DNA of 25,905 bases from Oligoflexales bacterium (GTDB lineage: Bacteria > Bdellovibrionota_B > Oligoflexia > Oligoflexales > RGVZ01): the NCBI GenBank assembly GCA_044236265.1, contig JBIIGV010000033.1:1-25905 (forward strand). Reading direction: 5' to 3'. The notes beneath the pieces were generated by a model that worked only from the letters and a program-made list of their open reading frames with translations, did not search any database and was not told the origin of the DNA. The number at the start of each line of letters is the position of its first letter. Position 1 is the first letter of the stretch. Made by a program: the position numbers and the translations under genes. Below are positions 9,141 through 17,771 of this stretch, one piece after another.

Positions 9141-10076
9141 ATGCCGAAAACCAGAATTCTTGGACGCTTATTCTCAAACATGGGCTACAAATTTGCAGCT
9201 CTAGGTCTGGCGACTTTAGTCTGGTACATCGTACAGGGCGAAGAAATCCTCGAAGTTAATGCAAAAATCGATGTTAAAGTTGAAGTCGCATTCGGATATG
9301 CCGTGCGTGATATGAATATTGTATCTCGTGATGTGACGCTGCGTGGGCCGAGAGCTCTTGTTGGCACCATGCAGGGAAAACCGATTTTAGCCATTATTCG
9401 GGTCCCCCCTGATAAAACCGGTAATCTTCGGTACCGACTGGATAAGGAATTTATTCCGCGTTGGGATAATAGGATAAAAATCACAATCCACGATCCTTAC
9501 ATCAATATCGTTGTTGAAGAGAAGATGACTAAAAGACTCCCTGTACGCCCGATGCTACTTGGCGAGGTCGATCCACTTCTTATGGTTGAAGAATCAAAAG
9601 CCACTCCAGATGAAATCGAAGTCTCCGGCGCCAAGTCAGACATTCAAAAACTCACTGAAATCGGCACGGAGCCAATAGACATTTCTGGTTTGAAGGAGAC
9701 AAAATCATTTGCCTCGTCGATTGCCCGCGCAAACCTTCCAGATATTAATTTCGGCGTTAAGGACATCTCTGTTTTGGTGCAGCTTGGTCCCAAAAAACTG
9801 AGCAAGGATTTCCAAGTGGTTCCAATCGAGATAATAAATTCAGACAAGGTCAGTTCCGCAAAGCCAGCCAGCGTAGCCATCACGGTTAGCGCGCCGCAGG
9901 ATCAAGTCGAAAAGGTTTCAGCCAAGGTGCTTCGCGCTTTTGTTGACGTCGCCGGCAAAGGGCCCGGGCGATATGAGGCGCCTGTGACCGCTACAGCGCC
10001 GGACGGCGTGACCATTCAGTTGATTACACCAAAAGTGGTGACGGTTGAAATTTATAACCAGCGAAAACTTAAATAA
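9141..10076 (+). CDS. cdaR: CdaR/YbbR-family membrane-anchored regulator of CdaA
   Basis: N-terminal anchor (KFAALGLATLVWYIV), repeated beta-rich YbbR-like units (VTLRGP, P-EIEVSG, P-SVAITVS), 2 nt after cdaA. Confidence 0.85.
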   Translation: MPKTRILGRLFSNMGYKFAALGLATLVWYIVQGEEILEVNAKIDVKVEVAFGYAVRDMNIVSRDVTLRGPRALVGTMQGKPILAIIRVPPDKTGNLRYRLDKEFIPRWDNRIKITIHDPYINIVVEEKMTKRLPVRPMLLGEVDPLLMVEESKATPDEIEVSGAKSDIQKLTEIGTEPIDISGLKETKSFASSIARANLPDINFGVKDISVLVQLGPKKLSKDFQVVPIEIINSDKVSSAKPASVAITVSAPQDQVEKVSAKVLRAFVDVAGKGPGRYEAPVTATAPDGVTIQLITPKVVTVEIYNQRKLK

Positions 10077-10541
10077 TCAGACAAATGATTCTGCAGTTAG
10101 GACTCTAACATCCTCAGAGGTGGAGAAGTCAAAATGAAGCTGATGAGTCCTCGTGATAAATGGCGATAGTGCCGCCCTCATCGGCCACTCAACAATAAGA
10201 CCAGAATATTGTCTTCCGGATAACAAAGACTCAAGCGAATCCAAATCACCCTCAACAAGACGGTATAGGTCAAGATGAGCGCACAGCCCAAGTGTTGTTT
10301 GGTACTCTGTCATATATGTATAGGTAGGGGACAGGACCGGGACAGAGGAATCTAGTCCCAGCGCATGAAGAAATGCGCCAGTGAACGTGGTTTTCCCAGC
10401 ACCAAGATCGCCTTGAAGCCAAAGTACAAATGGTTTTACCGATGAAGCACTCACAACACGGGCCATTTGTTTGGCCACAGAGTCTATCTCATGAAGACCA
10501 ACCGTTTTTTTAAACAAAACGTTCTTATCCAGTGTCGTCAT
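10077..10541 (-). CDS. tsaE: tRNA threonylcarbamoyladenosine biosynthesis ATPase TsaE
   Basis: LQGDLGAGKTT, SPTY, HLDLYRL, IVEWP. ATG at 10541 overlaps the pdxJ stop (TAATG). Confidence 0.93.
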   Translation of the reverse strand: MTTLDKNVLFKKTVGLHEIDSVAKQMARVVSASSVKPFVLWLQGDLGAGKTTFTGAFLHALGLDSSVPVLSPTYTYMTEYQTTLGLCAHLDLYRLVEGDLDSLESLLSGRQYSGLIVEWPMRAALSPFITRTHQLHFDFSTSEDVRVLTAESFV

Positions 10542-11308
10542 TATCTTTGGTAACGCTCTCCAGGTACAGGAAAGTTTTTTGGGTCGTTCAATAAGCTTTT
10601 CATCTCCCGAACTGCCTGCTCTAGCCCACAAAAAATCGCGCGACCAACAATGGCATGCCCAATGTTAGCCTCCTCTGCAAAAGGAACCATCTGTAGCCAA
10701 TTGGCATTGCCGTAATGAAGCCCGTGGCCAAAATGGCTTTGAAGGCCGGCGCTGGCGGCCGCCTTGCTCGCCTTCACCAGTGAAGATAAAACATTCAACT
10801 TATCGAGTGTTGAGCCAGCGGCATCGATTTCATGACAAAATTTTCCGGTATGGAACTCCAAAGCTTTAGCTCCTGTTTTTGCAGAAATTTCGACCGCTTC
10901 CTCAGTTGGCTCCACAAACAACGACACAAGGATTCCCCGAGACTGCAGCGTGTCAACAGCCGCTTTAAGGCCCTGAAAAGCTGACTTCAAATCTAGTCCA
11001 CCTTCGGTTGTACGCTCTTGTCTTTTTTCGGGGACGAGCGTCACCGCGTGAGGTCTAATTTTGCTGGCAAATGCGACCATTTCAGGGGTGCAAGCCATTT
11101 CAAAATTAAGTGGAATTTTTATCGTCTGCTTTAATAACTCGATATCGCGGTCTTGCACATGTCGGCGATCTTCTCGCAAGTGGGCTGTAATATTATCTGC
11201 GCCACCTAATTCTGCGAAAACCGCCGCCTGGACGGGGTCTGGATAAGACTCTCCTCGCGCCTGCCTGACCGTCGCAACATGATCGATATTTACACCAAGC
11301 CTGATCAT
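10541..11308 (-). CDS. pdxJ: Pyridoxine 5'-phosphate synthase
   Basis: LGVNIDHVATVRQAR, HLREDRRH, VPEKRQERTTEGG, GHGL, NIGHAI. Confidence 0.97.
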   Translation of the reverse strand: MIRLGVNIDHVATVRQARGESYPDPVQAAVFAELGGADNITAHLREDRRHVQDRDIELLKQTIKIPLNFEMACTPEMVAFASKIRPHAVTLVPEKRQERTTEGGLDLKSAFQGLKAAVDTLQSRGILVSLFVEPTEEAVEISAKTGAKALEFHTGKFCHEIDAAGSTLDKLNVLSSLVKASKAAASAGLQSHFGHGLHYGNANWLQMVPFAEEANIGHAIVGRAIFCGLEQAVREMKSLLNDPKNFPVPGERYQR

Positions 11309-11322
11309 TTAAATCCTCTTTT

Positions 11323-12684
11323 TTATTTTGCAGCTTTATCGATCGCCGACGTCAGTTCATGACATAAGTCATGCGCATGCTTCTCGATTTCGTCACGAGA
11401 CTCACCCTCAACCATAACTCGAGCTAAACTTTCCGTTCCTGAGTAGCGAACAAGGACGCGCCCCTTGCCAGCCAGTTTCGCTTCAACTCCCCTGAGGGCT
11501 TTTTGAAATTCTGCTAAATGCTCCAAAGGCACTTTTTCACGAACTTTTACATTTTTTACAAGCTGTGGAAATCTTTCCATCGTTTGTCTTAGTTCCGAGG
11601 CGCGGCGTCCACTATCCACCATAATTTCAAGAAATTTAAGTCCTGCTAAAATTCCATCTCCTGTTGTCGAAGAATCACGGAAAATCAGGTGGCCCGACTG
11701 CTCTCCTCCAAGGATATGATCTCCTTGACGCATTGCCTCCATCACGTAGCGATCGCCAACTTTTGACCTGATAAGCTTTCCGCCGTGCTTGGCTAGTGCG
11801 ACATCAAGCCCCATATTGCTCATCACAGTTGATACAATGGTGTTATTTTTGAGTCTCTGCCTCTGAAGCATAAATACACCACAGGCCGCAAGCATTTCAT
11901 CGCCGTCGATCACCTCACCCTTTTCGTCAACAGCTACGATCCTATCTGCGTCACCGTCAAGGGCAATGCCAATGTCTGCCTTATAAAGGAGAACCTTCTC
12001 GCGAAGCGTTTGTGGATAGAGGGCGCCACAGTGCTCGTTGATATTAAGTCCGTTTGGCTCATCGCCAATGACAAAGGTTTCCGCGCCCAACTCTTCAAAT
12101 ACCTTGGGGGCAACTCTGTATCCGGCGCCATTTGCACAATCAATAACAATGCGCAGACCATCAAGCTTCAGATTTTTTGGGAACTGTTCTTTGAGAAAAA
12201 CCGCATATTGACCAATGGCATCTTCAATTCTTTTGGCCGTGCCGATACCAGACCCCGTTGGCACATTATCGGCAAGTCCAGGATCCTGAACAAGCCTCTC
12301 AAGCTCATCTTCTACGTCATCTGGCAACTTATAACCGTCAGAGGAAAAAATTTTGATGCCGTTATCATGAAATGGATTGTGTGAGGCTGAGATAACTATC
12401 CCGGCACTTGCCCGCATACCTCTGGTCAGATATGCAATTCCCGGCGTCGGTAGAGGCCCGAGAAAAAACGCGTCCACGCCAACGCTACAAATTCCCGAGC
12501 AAAGCGCTTGCTCGAGCATGTAGCCACTTCGCCTCGTGTCTTTACCGATCAAAATCCTGGCCTTGCTCTGGCGCGTCCCAAAATAGATTCCAATGGCCTG
12601 GCCAAGTCGAAGGACCATATCCGGGGACATCGGATATATATTTGCGAGTCCACGAATTCCATCGGTTCCAAATAGTCTAGCCAT
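11323..12684 (-). CDS. glmM: Phosphoglucosamine mutase
   Basis: LFGTDGIRG, ISASHNP (phospho-Ser), DGDADR, GGEQSGH, RYSGTE. SD AAGGAGG. Confidence 0.97.
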   Translation of the reverse strand: MARLFGTDGIRGLANIYPMSPDMVLRLGQAIGIYFGTRQSKARILIGKDTRRSGYMLEQALCSGICSVGVDAFFLGPLPTPGIAYLTRGMRASAGIVISASHNPFHDNGIKIFSSDGYKLPDDVEDELERLVQDPGLADNVPTGSGIGTAKRIEDAIGQYAVFLKEQFPKNLKLDGLRIVIDCANGAGYRVAPKVFEELGAETFVIGDEPNGLNINEHCGALYPQTLREKVLLYKADIGIALDGDADRIVAVDEKGEVIDGDEMLAACGVFMLQRQRLKNNTIVSTVMSNMGLDVALAKHGGKLIRSKVGDRYVMEAMRQGDHILGGEQSGHLIFRDSSTTGDGILAGLKFLEIMVDSGRRASELRQTMERFPQLVKNVKVREKVPLEHLAEFQKALRGVEAKLAGKGRVLVRYSGTESLARVMVEGESRDEIEKHAHDLCHELTSAIDKAAK

Positions 12685-12721
12685 CTTAAGCCTCCTTTAT
12701 ACAAAGGTTACAGACGCATTT

Positions 12722-12750
12722 AAGGTAGCACAGGCCCTGCAAGACGGCAT
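12722..12750 (-). promoter_or_regulatory. Putative sigma-70 (extended -10) promoter for glmM-pdxJ-tsaE
   Basis: Minus strand ATGCCG-N17-TACCTT with TGn immediately before the -10 hexamer. Confidence 0.4.
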
Positions 12751-12801
12751 CTTTATCTCGGAATAATCGGTGGCTCAAGGTGTTTTCAAGGTCGCAACGG
12801 A

Positions 12802-14979
12802 TCATGCTACAAAATCTTTTCCATTTTTTTGCTTCGAGTACTTTTTTACGCCAAATACAAGCATTGACTGGTCATCTTTTTCATGTCGTCGGCGTCGATT
12901 GACGACTTTCAAGATGATGCCCTTTACAGCCTCAGCCGATGGCGCTGAGACCCCGGCTAAAACCGTTTCGATCTCTTTTCTGATGGCCAGCGTGAGGCGA
13001 CTGCCCTCAAAAATTCCATCTGAGGCAAAAACGACAAACTCTCCCTCGGCAAGCTGGCTTTTATGCCGCGTTCTTTCCGACACCGAGGCCACCGTCCATT
13101 GGCCAGGCCCAAGGCTTTTGATCACTAATGCAAACGGAAAATTCGATCGGAAAATCGAGGTGAGCCCGGTTGATACGTCAATTTCGGCGGCGATAAAAGT
13201 CGGAACTTCGTTTGGACCCCACGCCTCCGCAAATAATTGGCCCAGCGACTGATAATAGCCTTCAAATCGCGCTCCCACTTCTGGTTTGGAGCGCCTTTTG
13301 CCTCTGAAAAAAGATCTCGCGACCGTCTGCATGGAGGTAGACTTGAGGGCCGCTTGAACGCCGTGACCCGTCATGTCACCAAGAATAACGACCAATCGAC
13401 TACGGTCTTCGTCCCATTCAATATAATAAGCATCGCCTGAGACATAAAAGGCCGCTTCAAAGAAGTGGGCCAAATCTATGTTCTCTGGTAGCTCTGGTAC
13501 TCTCATAAAGGCGCCCTGCACCAAACGCCCAAGCTCTAGTTCTTTTTCAATTTGATCACTTCGCGTCTGGAGACTGCTTAATGTTCGAACGCGATTTTCA
13601 AGACTTGAGATATTTATAAATGCGCTGGCCGCCAAAAGGTATGTCGACAGTGGCAAAAAAACAGAGCGAATTTGATAATAGGATTTGTAGGCCCCTAAAT
13701 CTGGTATCAGTACGTCTAGCCCCCCCAATGACTGCATAAGGCAAGCCAATGCGGCCGTCATAAGGGCCCACTGCCTCCAAGCAAGGTTTTTGCCCCGAAG
13801 AAAGTAGGCTGTTGAAAGCAGTAAAACAACGCCAGCAATTGATAAAATCAAATTAAGGGACGCCGAGATAATCTCAGAGTAATCCTCCGTAAACTCTATT
13901 CCCGATTGTCTTAACCATGACCCGGCACTAATCAACAAACCGTAGCCAAGCGACCCTAATATCCAGCGCCGCGGACTGGGCGGTCCAAGGCGACAAAGTT
14001 GTACGACGTAATAAACACGCATGGCGTGAGAAGCTCCCGATAAAAAGACCTCTAGCGCATACGTTCTTGAAATCGGCAACCATCCGTAATCCAAAGATCG
14101 ACTGAGGGCTTCAAAACCCATGAAAAGACCAAGACCCAGAACTTCCGGCGAGCTGTCGACAAATAAAAAAATCATCAAAAAAAGTGCGGCCATAACAATA
14201 AAAGACATGTCGGTAAGCCACGATCCTTGTCGCGCATCCTGCATGATCAGCATGCGAATCCAGCCTCTATATTCGCTTGCCTTTGTTAAGAGAAGGGGCT
14301 CTTCATCATCTGCCAAAAACAAGGCGGCTCCGGAGCCGTCTGACTCATAGAGGACGTCAACAGTTATGTCGTCATTATTTTCCTTGGGTAAATAAAAATT
14401 AATACCCACACGGGAGCTAAGCAGGTATGTCCCGGCAAATTTGCCATTAACGAATGAATAAGCTTTTTCGAAGTTGGCGTTTGGCATTCCCACGGCAAGA
14501 TAGTCCGAACTAATCTGACTGCGTTCAACATTGGAAATACGCGTGCGGACTAAATACATTGTGGGCTCGTTATAGTTTTTATCCGCCGAGCGCGCTGGGT
14601 CCGTTAGATGTTTAAAGGGCTGCTCTTTAAACTCATTATTGCGTAGTTGTTCGTAGCAGCTTTCTACCGTCAAACACTTTGATAACGGCATATGGCTTAC
14701 AAACCATGTCCTCTTATCTGAATCAAACGAGACAATATTTTTTTTCGTCAACAGATAGGCGTCGGTGTGCTCTCGCTGCCAGCCAATTAAAACAAGGTAT
14801 ACGGCGATTGCTGCAAAGACCGATGCCGTTACAGCCAGCGAAAATCTATCTCGACTCTGAAAGCTCTCAGCATCAAAAATCCGTTTTTTTTGAAGTTGGG
14901 AAAAAAGCTCCGCCGTTGAACGAAGCCTTCGTAAAAGGCTCGTTAGCCAAAAGCCAGATTTTCCCGCTGAATCCGTCAA
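12802..14979 (-). CDS. Multi-pass membrane sensor with C-terminal SpoIIE/PP2C-type phosphatase domain
   Basis: One TM, then about 190 aa soluble, then about 7 hydrophobic helices, a coupling helix ELELGRLVQ, and PP2C motifs SGD, LGDMTGHGVQAAL, ASDG and DDQS. GGAG before the TTG start. Confidence 0.8.
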   Translation of the reverse strand: MTDSAGKSGFWLTSLLRRLRSTAELFSQLQKKRIFDAESFQSRDRFSLAVTASVFAAIAVYLVLIGWQREHTDAYLLTKKNIVSFDSDKRTWFVSHMPLSKCLTVESCYEQLRNNEFKEQPFKHLTDPARSADKNYNEPTMYLVRTRISNVERSQISSDYLAVGMPNANFEKAYSFVNGKFAGTYLLSSRVGINFYLPKENNDDITVDVLYESDGSGAALFLADDEEPLLLTKASEYRGWIRMLIMQDARQGSWLTDMSFIVMAALFLMIFLFVDSSPEVLGLGLFMGFEALSRSLDYGWLPISRTYALEVFLSGASHAMRVYYVVQLCRLGPPSPRRWILGSLGYGLLISAGSWLRQSGIEFTEDYSEIISASLNLILSIAGVVLLLSTAYFLRGKNLAWRQWALMTAALACLMQSLGGLDVLIPDLGAYKSYYQIRSVFLPLSTYLLAASAFINISSLENRVRTLSSLQTRSDQIEKELELGRLVQGAFMRVPELPENIDLAHFFEAAFYVSGDAYYIEWDEDRSRLVVILGDMTGHGVQAALKSTSMQTVARSFFRGKRRSKPEVGARFEGYYQSLGQLFAEAWGPNEVPTFIAAEIDVSTGLTSIFRSNFPFALVIKSLGPGQWTVASVSERTRHKSQLAEGEFVVFASDGIFEGSRLTLAIRKEIETVLAGVSAPSAEAVKGIILKVVNRRRRHEKDDQSMLVFGVKKYSKQKNGKDFVA

Positions 14980-15122
14980 TATCGTCTCCGTGTTTTGCCT
15001 GTGATTATCGACAAAAAATCACGCAACATTAGAGACTTGCCTTAAAAGATGCGCTTAAAAGGCTGGCTTGGCCAAATTACGATTAGTTTTTTTGAAAAAT
15101 ACCTGACGATTTGCCAGAGAAA

Positions 15123-15199
15123 TGGCGCACCCGGAAGGATTCGAACCTCCGACCCCCAGATTCGTAGTCTGGTATTCTATCCAACTGAACTACGGGTGC
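15123..15199 (-). tRNA. tRNA-Arg(ACG)
   Basis: GCACCCG...CCAGA-CT-ACG-AA-TCTGG...GGTTCGAATCC...CGGGTGC-G-CCA; 77 nt. Confidence 0.97.
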
Positions 15200-15216
15200 A
15201 GACTGATGAGAGGGGC

Positions 15217-15245
15217 TATATACAAACCCCCTCCCAGAATTGCAA
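15217..15245 (-). promoter_or_regulatory. Putative sigma-70 promoter for tRNA-Arg
   Basis: TTGCAA-N17-TATATA on the minus strand, 17 nt upstream of the tRNA. Confidence 0.55.
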
Positions 15246-15263
15246 GTTAATTCCTGGAGGGGG
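15222..15263 (-). terminator. Probable terminator after tRNA-Ser(GCT)
   Basis: CCCCCTCCAGGAATT / AATTCTGGGAGGGGG near-perfect stem followed by TTTGT. Confidence 0.6.
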
Positions 15264-15275
15264 ATCTGAGAATTG

Positions 15276-15365
15276 TGGCGGAAAGGGAGGGATTCGAACC
15301 CTCGATACAGTTTCCCGTATGCGTCCTTAGCAAGGACGTGCCTTCAGCCACTCGGCCACCTTTCC
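15276..15365 (-). tRNA. tRNA-Ser(GCT)
   Basis: GGAAAGG...CGTCC-TT-GCT-AA-GGACG, long variable arm, GGTTCGAATCC, CCA encoded; 90 nt. Confidence 0.97.
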
Positions 15366-15475
15366 AAACCCTTGTAAAAATCCCGATCAATTCGGGCTCT
15401 TCCAAGATAAAACTAAACCTTTCAGCACCTTATCTCAGTGGCTTTCTGAAATAACCTGAAATTGTGGGGTCGCCA

Positions 15476-15563
15476 CGGAGAGAGAGGGATTCGAACCCCC
15501 GGTGGGATGCAATCCCACAACGGTTTTCAAGACCGCCGCCTTAAACCACTCGGCCATCTCTCC
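15476..15563 (-). tRNA. tRNA-Ser(TGA), CCA not directly encoded
   Basis: GGAGAGA...GCGGT-CT-TGA-AA-ACCGT, long variable arm, GGTTCGAATCC...TCTCTCC-G followed by TGG. Confidence 0.95.
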
Positions 15564-15637
15564 ACAAACTTCGCGGGCAAAAGGCAAAAGCCCCATAATC
15601 CCACAATAACAAGGACGGCAAATATACATAGGAATAC

Positions 15638-15675
15638 TGCGCGCCTCAAGCAAAACTAGTGCTCAAAGGCGCGCA
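15638..15675. terminator. Inverted repeat downstream of htpX (possible terminator)
   Basis: TGCGCGCCT...AGGCGCGCA with an inner AGCA/TGCT pair. The U-tract is weak on the htpX strand. Confidence 0.4.
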
Positions 15676-15690
15676 TTTTCTAACATTCGC

Positions 15691-16605
15691 TTACAGCTGG
15701 GCTGCCTTCAAAGCAGCGATTCGATCATCAAGATCCGGATGGGTGGATAGAAGTGACAAGAAGCCCCCACGGCGCGATGAAATTTTAAAGGCCGCTATTG
15801 CCTCTTGATTTTCTGGCTCGTGGGCTGGGCCGATGTTATGCAGTGCCTTTAAAGACTCCAGCGCAGCAATCATCTTGCCCTTGCCAGCCAACGTGGCGCC
15901 ACCGCGATCGGCTCGGAACTCGCGCCAACGACTGAACCAGGCAACAACGATGCTTCCAAGGATGCTAAGCAAAATATCCAAAACAAAGACAACCATACTT
16001 TGCACAAAATAGCTGGGGCGCTCCTCATCATTTGAGCGTAAAGCATTGGCGACAAAGTAACCAATGACGCGAGCAAAGAACATCACAAATGCGTTGATGA
16101 TGCCTTGCAACAGAGTCATGGTCACCATGTCTCCATTTGCAACGTGAGCCACCTCATGGCCTATAACGCCCTCGACCTCATCGCGATTCATTCGATTTAG
16201 AAGTCCTGTTGAAACAGCCACCAGCGAATTTGATTTTGATGGGCCAGTTGCAAATGCATTAACTTCTGGACTCTCATAAACGCCGACCTCGGGGCGCGCC
16301 GAAAGACCCGCCTGATCGGAGAGGCGGTAAACCATAGACACGAGTTCTCTCAAGCGTGGATCTGAGACGGTAGGGTCGATAATTTGCACGCCCATCATCC
16401 ACTTGGCCATCACCTTAGACAACATAAGGGAAATGAACGATCCCGCCATACCCCAAATCAAACAGAATGCCATCAACTGGCCATAGTCGATGCCATAGGG
16501 CGTCAAATAGCCACGCAGTCCAAGCATACTGGTCACAAAAGAGATGGTGACCATCACTAGAACGTTAACGATCAAAAATAATCCGATGCGTTTCATCCAA
16601 ACCAC
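15691..16605 (-). CDS. htpX: Membrane zinc metalloprotease HtpX (M48)
   Basis: NAFATG, VAVSTGLL, GHEVAH (HEXXH), NGDMVT, FSRWREFRAD, STHP. AAGGAG before GTG. Confidence 0.96.
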   Translation of the reverse strand: MVWMKRIGLFLIVNVLVMVTISFVTSMLGLRGYLTPYGIDYGQLMAFCLIWGMAGSFISLMLSKVMAKWMMGVQIIDPTVSDPRLRELVSMVYRLSDQAGLSARPEVGVYESPEVNAFATGPSKSNSLVAVSTGLLNRMNRDEVEGVIGHEVAHVANGDMVTMTLLQGIINAFVMFFARVIGYFVANALRSNDEERPSYFVQSMVVFVLDILLSILGSIVVAWFSRWREFRADRGGATLAGKGKMIAALESLKALHNIGPAHEPENQEAIAAFKISSRRGGFLSLLSTHPDLDDRIAALKAAQL

Positions 16606-16651
16606 GGCAAAACTCCTTTGTCACTCGCAATGGTGACTAATGATATATACT

Positions 16652-16689
16652 AAAGATAAACACCCCACCTGGTATGTCAAGGTGGGGTG
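16652..16689 (-). terminator. Intrinsic terminator after mdh, overlapping a candidate htpX promoter
   Basis: Perfect 10-bp arms CACCCCACCT / AGGTGGGGTG (16661-16689) followed by TTTATCTTT on minus. Contains TTGACA-N16-TATCTT. Confidence 0.7.
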
Positions 16690-16716
16690 ACTCTTTGAAA
16701 AAATAAATGCTTTCCA

Positions 16717-17706
16717 TCACTTAATAAGAAGATCCTTAACCACTTCTCGCTCCGCTAAGAGCTCTTTTGTGGTCTCTTCAATTTTTTTCTTGCCGTAGTC
16801 AGAGATCGGAAGGCCCTTTACAATCTCGTACTTTCCATCACCGAGGGAGCGGACGGGGAACGAGAAGATAAGCCCTGCTGGGACTCCGTAGGAATTACCG
16901 TCACTTGGAATGGCGCAGGAGAAATACTTGCCATCAGGAGTTTTCTCCATCAATCGTTTCACGTGATCAATACAAGCAGAAGCTGCAGAGGCCGCCGAGG
17001 ACTTGCCACGCGCTGCTATGATCGCTGCGCCACGCTGCTGTACAGTTTTCATGAAGTCACCTTCGAGCCATTGGCGCTCTTTGATAACATCAGTAATTTT
17101 CTTGCCAGAGATTGTACCGTTTTCAAAGTCAGGGTACATGGTCGAACTGTGATTACCCCAGATAGCAACATTCACATCACCAACATTACAGCCTGCCTTT
17201 GTTGCGAGTTGAGCCTTAGCTCTATTCTCATCAAGCATCGTCATAGCAGTAAATCTTGTGGCAGGGATATCGCGACAGTTATGCTGCGCAATCAAAGCAT
17301 TCGTATTGCAAGGATTACCCACCGTGACAATCCTTACATCTTGGGATGCCCGCGCAAGAGCTTTACCCTGCTCAACGAAGATCGGGCCGTTGTCGCGAAT
17401 CAAGTCATTACGCTCCATGCCTGGTCCGCGCGGCTTTGAGCCAACAAATAAAGCCCAGTTGATTCCATTGAAGGCTGTGACAGCAGAGTCAGAAATGTTA
17501 ATTCCTGCTAAGGTTGGGAAGCCGCAATCTTCCAGCTCCATGGCAGTGCCCTCGGCAGCTTTGATCGCCGGCGGCAACTCAAGAAGATGAAGTTGAACGG
17601 GAGTGTCTTTTCCGAATACCTCTCCCGATGCAATGCGGAAAAGTAAACTATATCCGATTTGACCTGCCGCACCGGTAACTGCAACTTTAACAACTGGTTT
17701 AGCCAT
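16717..17706 (-). CDS. mdh: Malate dehydrogenase (type 2, dimeric family)
   Basis: [58 protein letters not shown]. Confidence 0.96.
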   Translation of the reverse strand: MAKPVVKVAVTGAAGQIGYSLLFRIASGEVFGKDTPVQLHLLELPPAIKAAEGTAMELEDCGFPTLAGINISDSAVTAFNGINWALFVGSKPRGPGMERNDLIRDNGPIFVEQGKALARASQDVRIVTVGNPCNTNALIAQHNCRDIPATRFTAMTMLDENRAKAQLATKAGCNVGDVNVAIWGNHSSTMYPDFENGTISGKKITDVIKERQWLEGDFMKTVQQRGAAIIAARGKSSAASAASACIDHVKRLMEKTPDGKYFSCAIPSDGNSYGVPAGLIFSFPVRSLGDGKYEIVKGLPISDYGKKKIEETTKELLAEREVVKDLLIK

Positions 17707-17771
17707 GACCCATCACTCCAAAATTTAGATTAATTGGTATCTACTCAGATAACACGCTCACATAACGTTTG

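Noticed and set aside
10542..10631. N-terminal extension of tsaE
   Set aside because: Lies inside pdxJ. The TAATG coupling at 10541 gives the natural start.
15049..15659. ORF-track ORFs 15049-15330, 15435-15653 and 15462-15659
   Set aside because: They overlap well-formed tRNA genes and are shadow ORFs.
14980..15690. Integrated island or prophage at the tRNA cluster
   Set aside because: No integrase, no duplicated tRNA 3' end elsewhere in the window, and no phage or transposase genes nearby.
16661..16689. CIRCE element upstream of htpX
   Set aside because: The 9-nt spacer fits, but the arms do not resemble TTAGCACTC/GAGTGCTAA.
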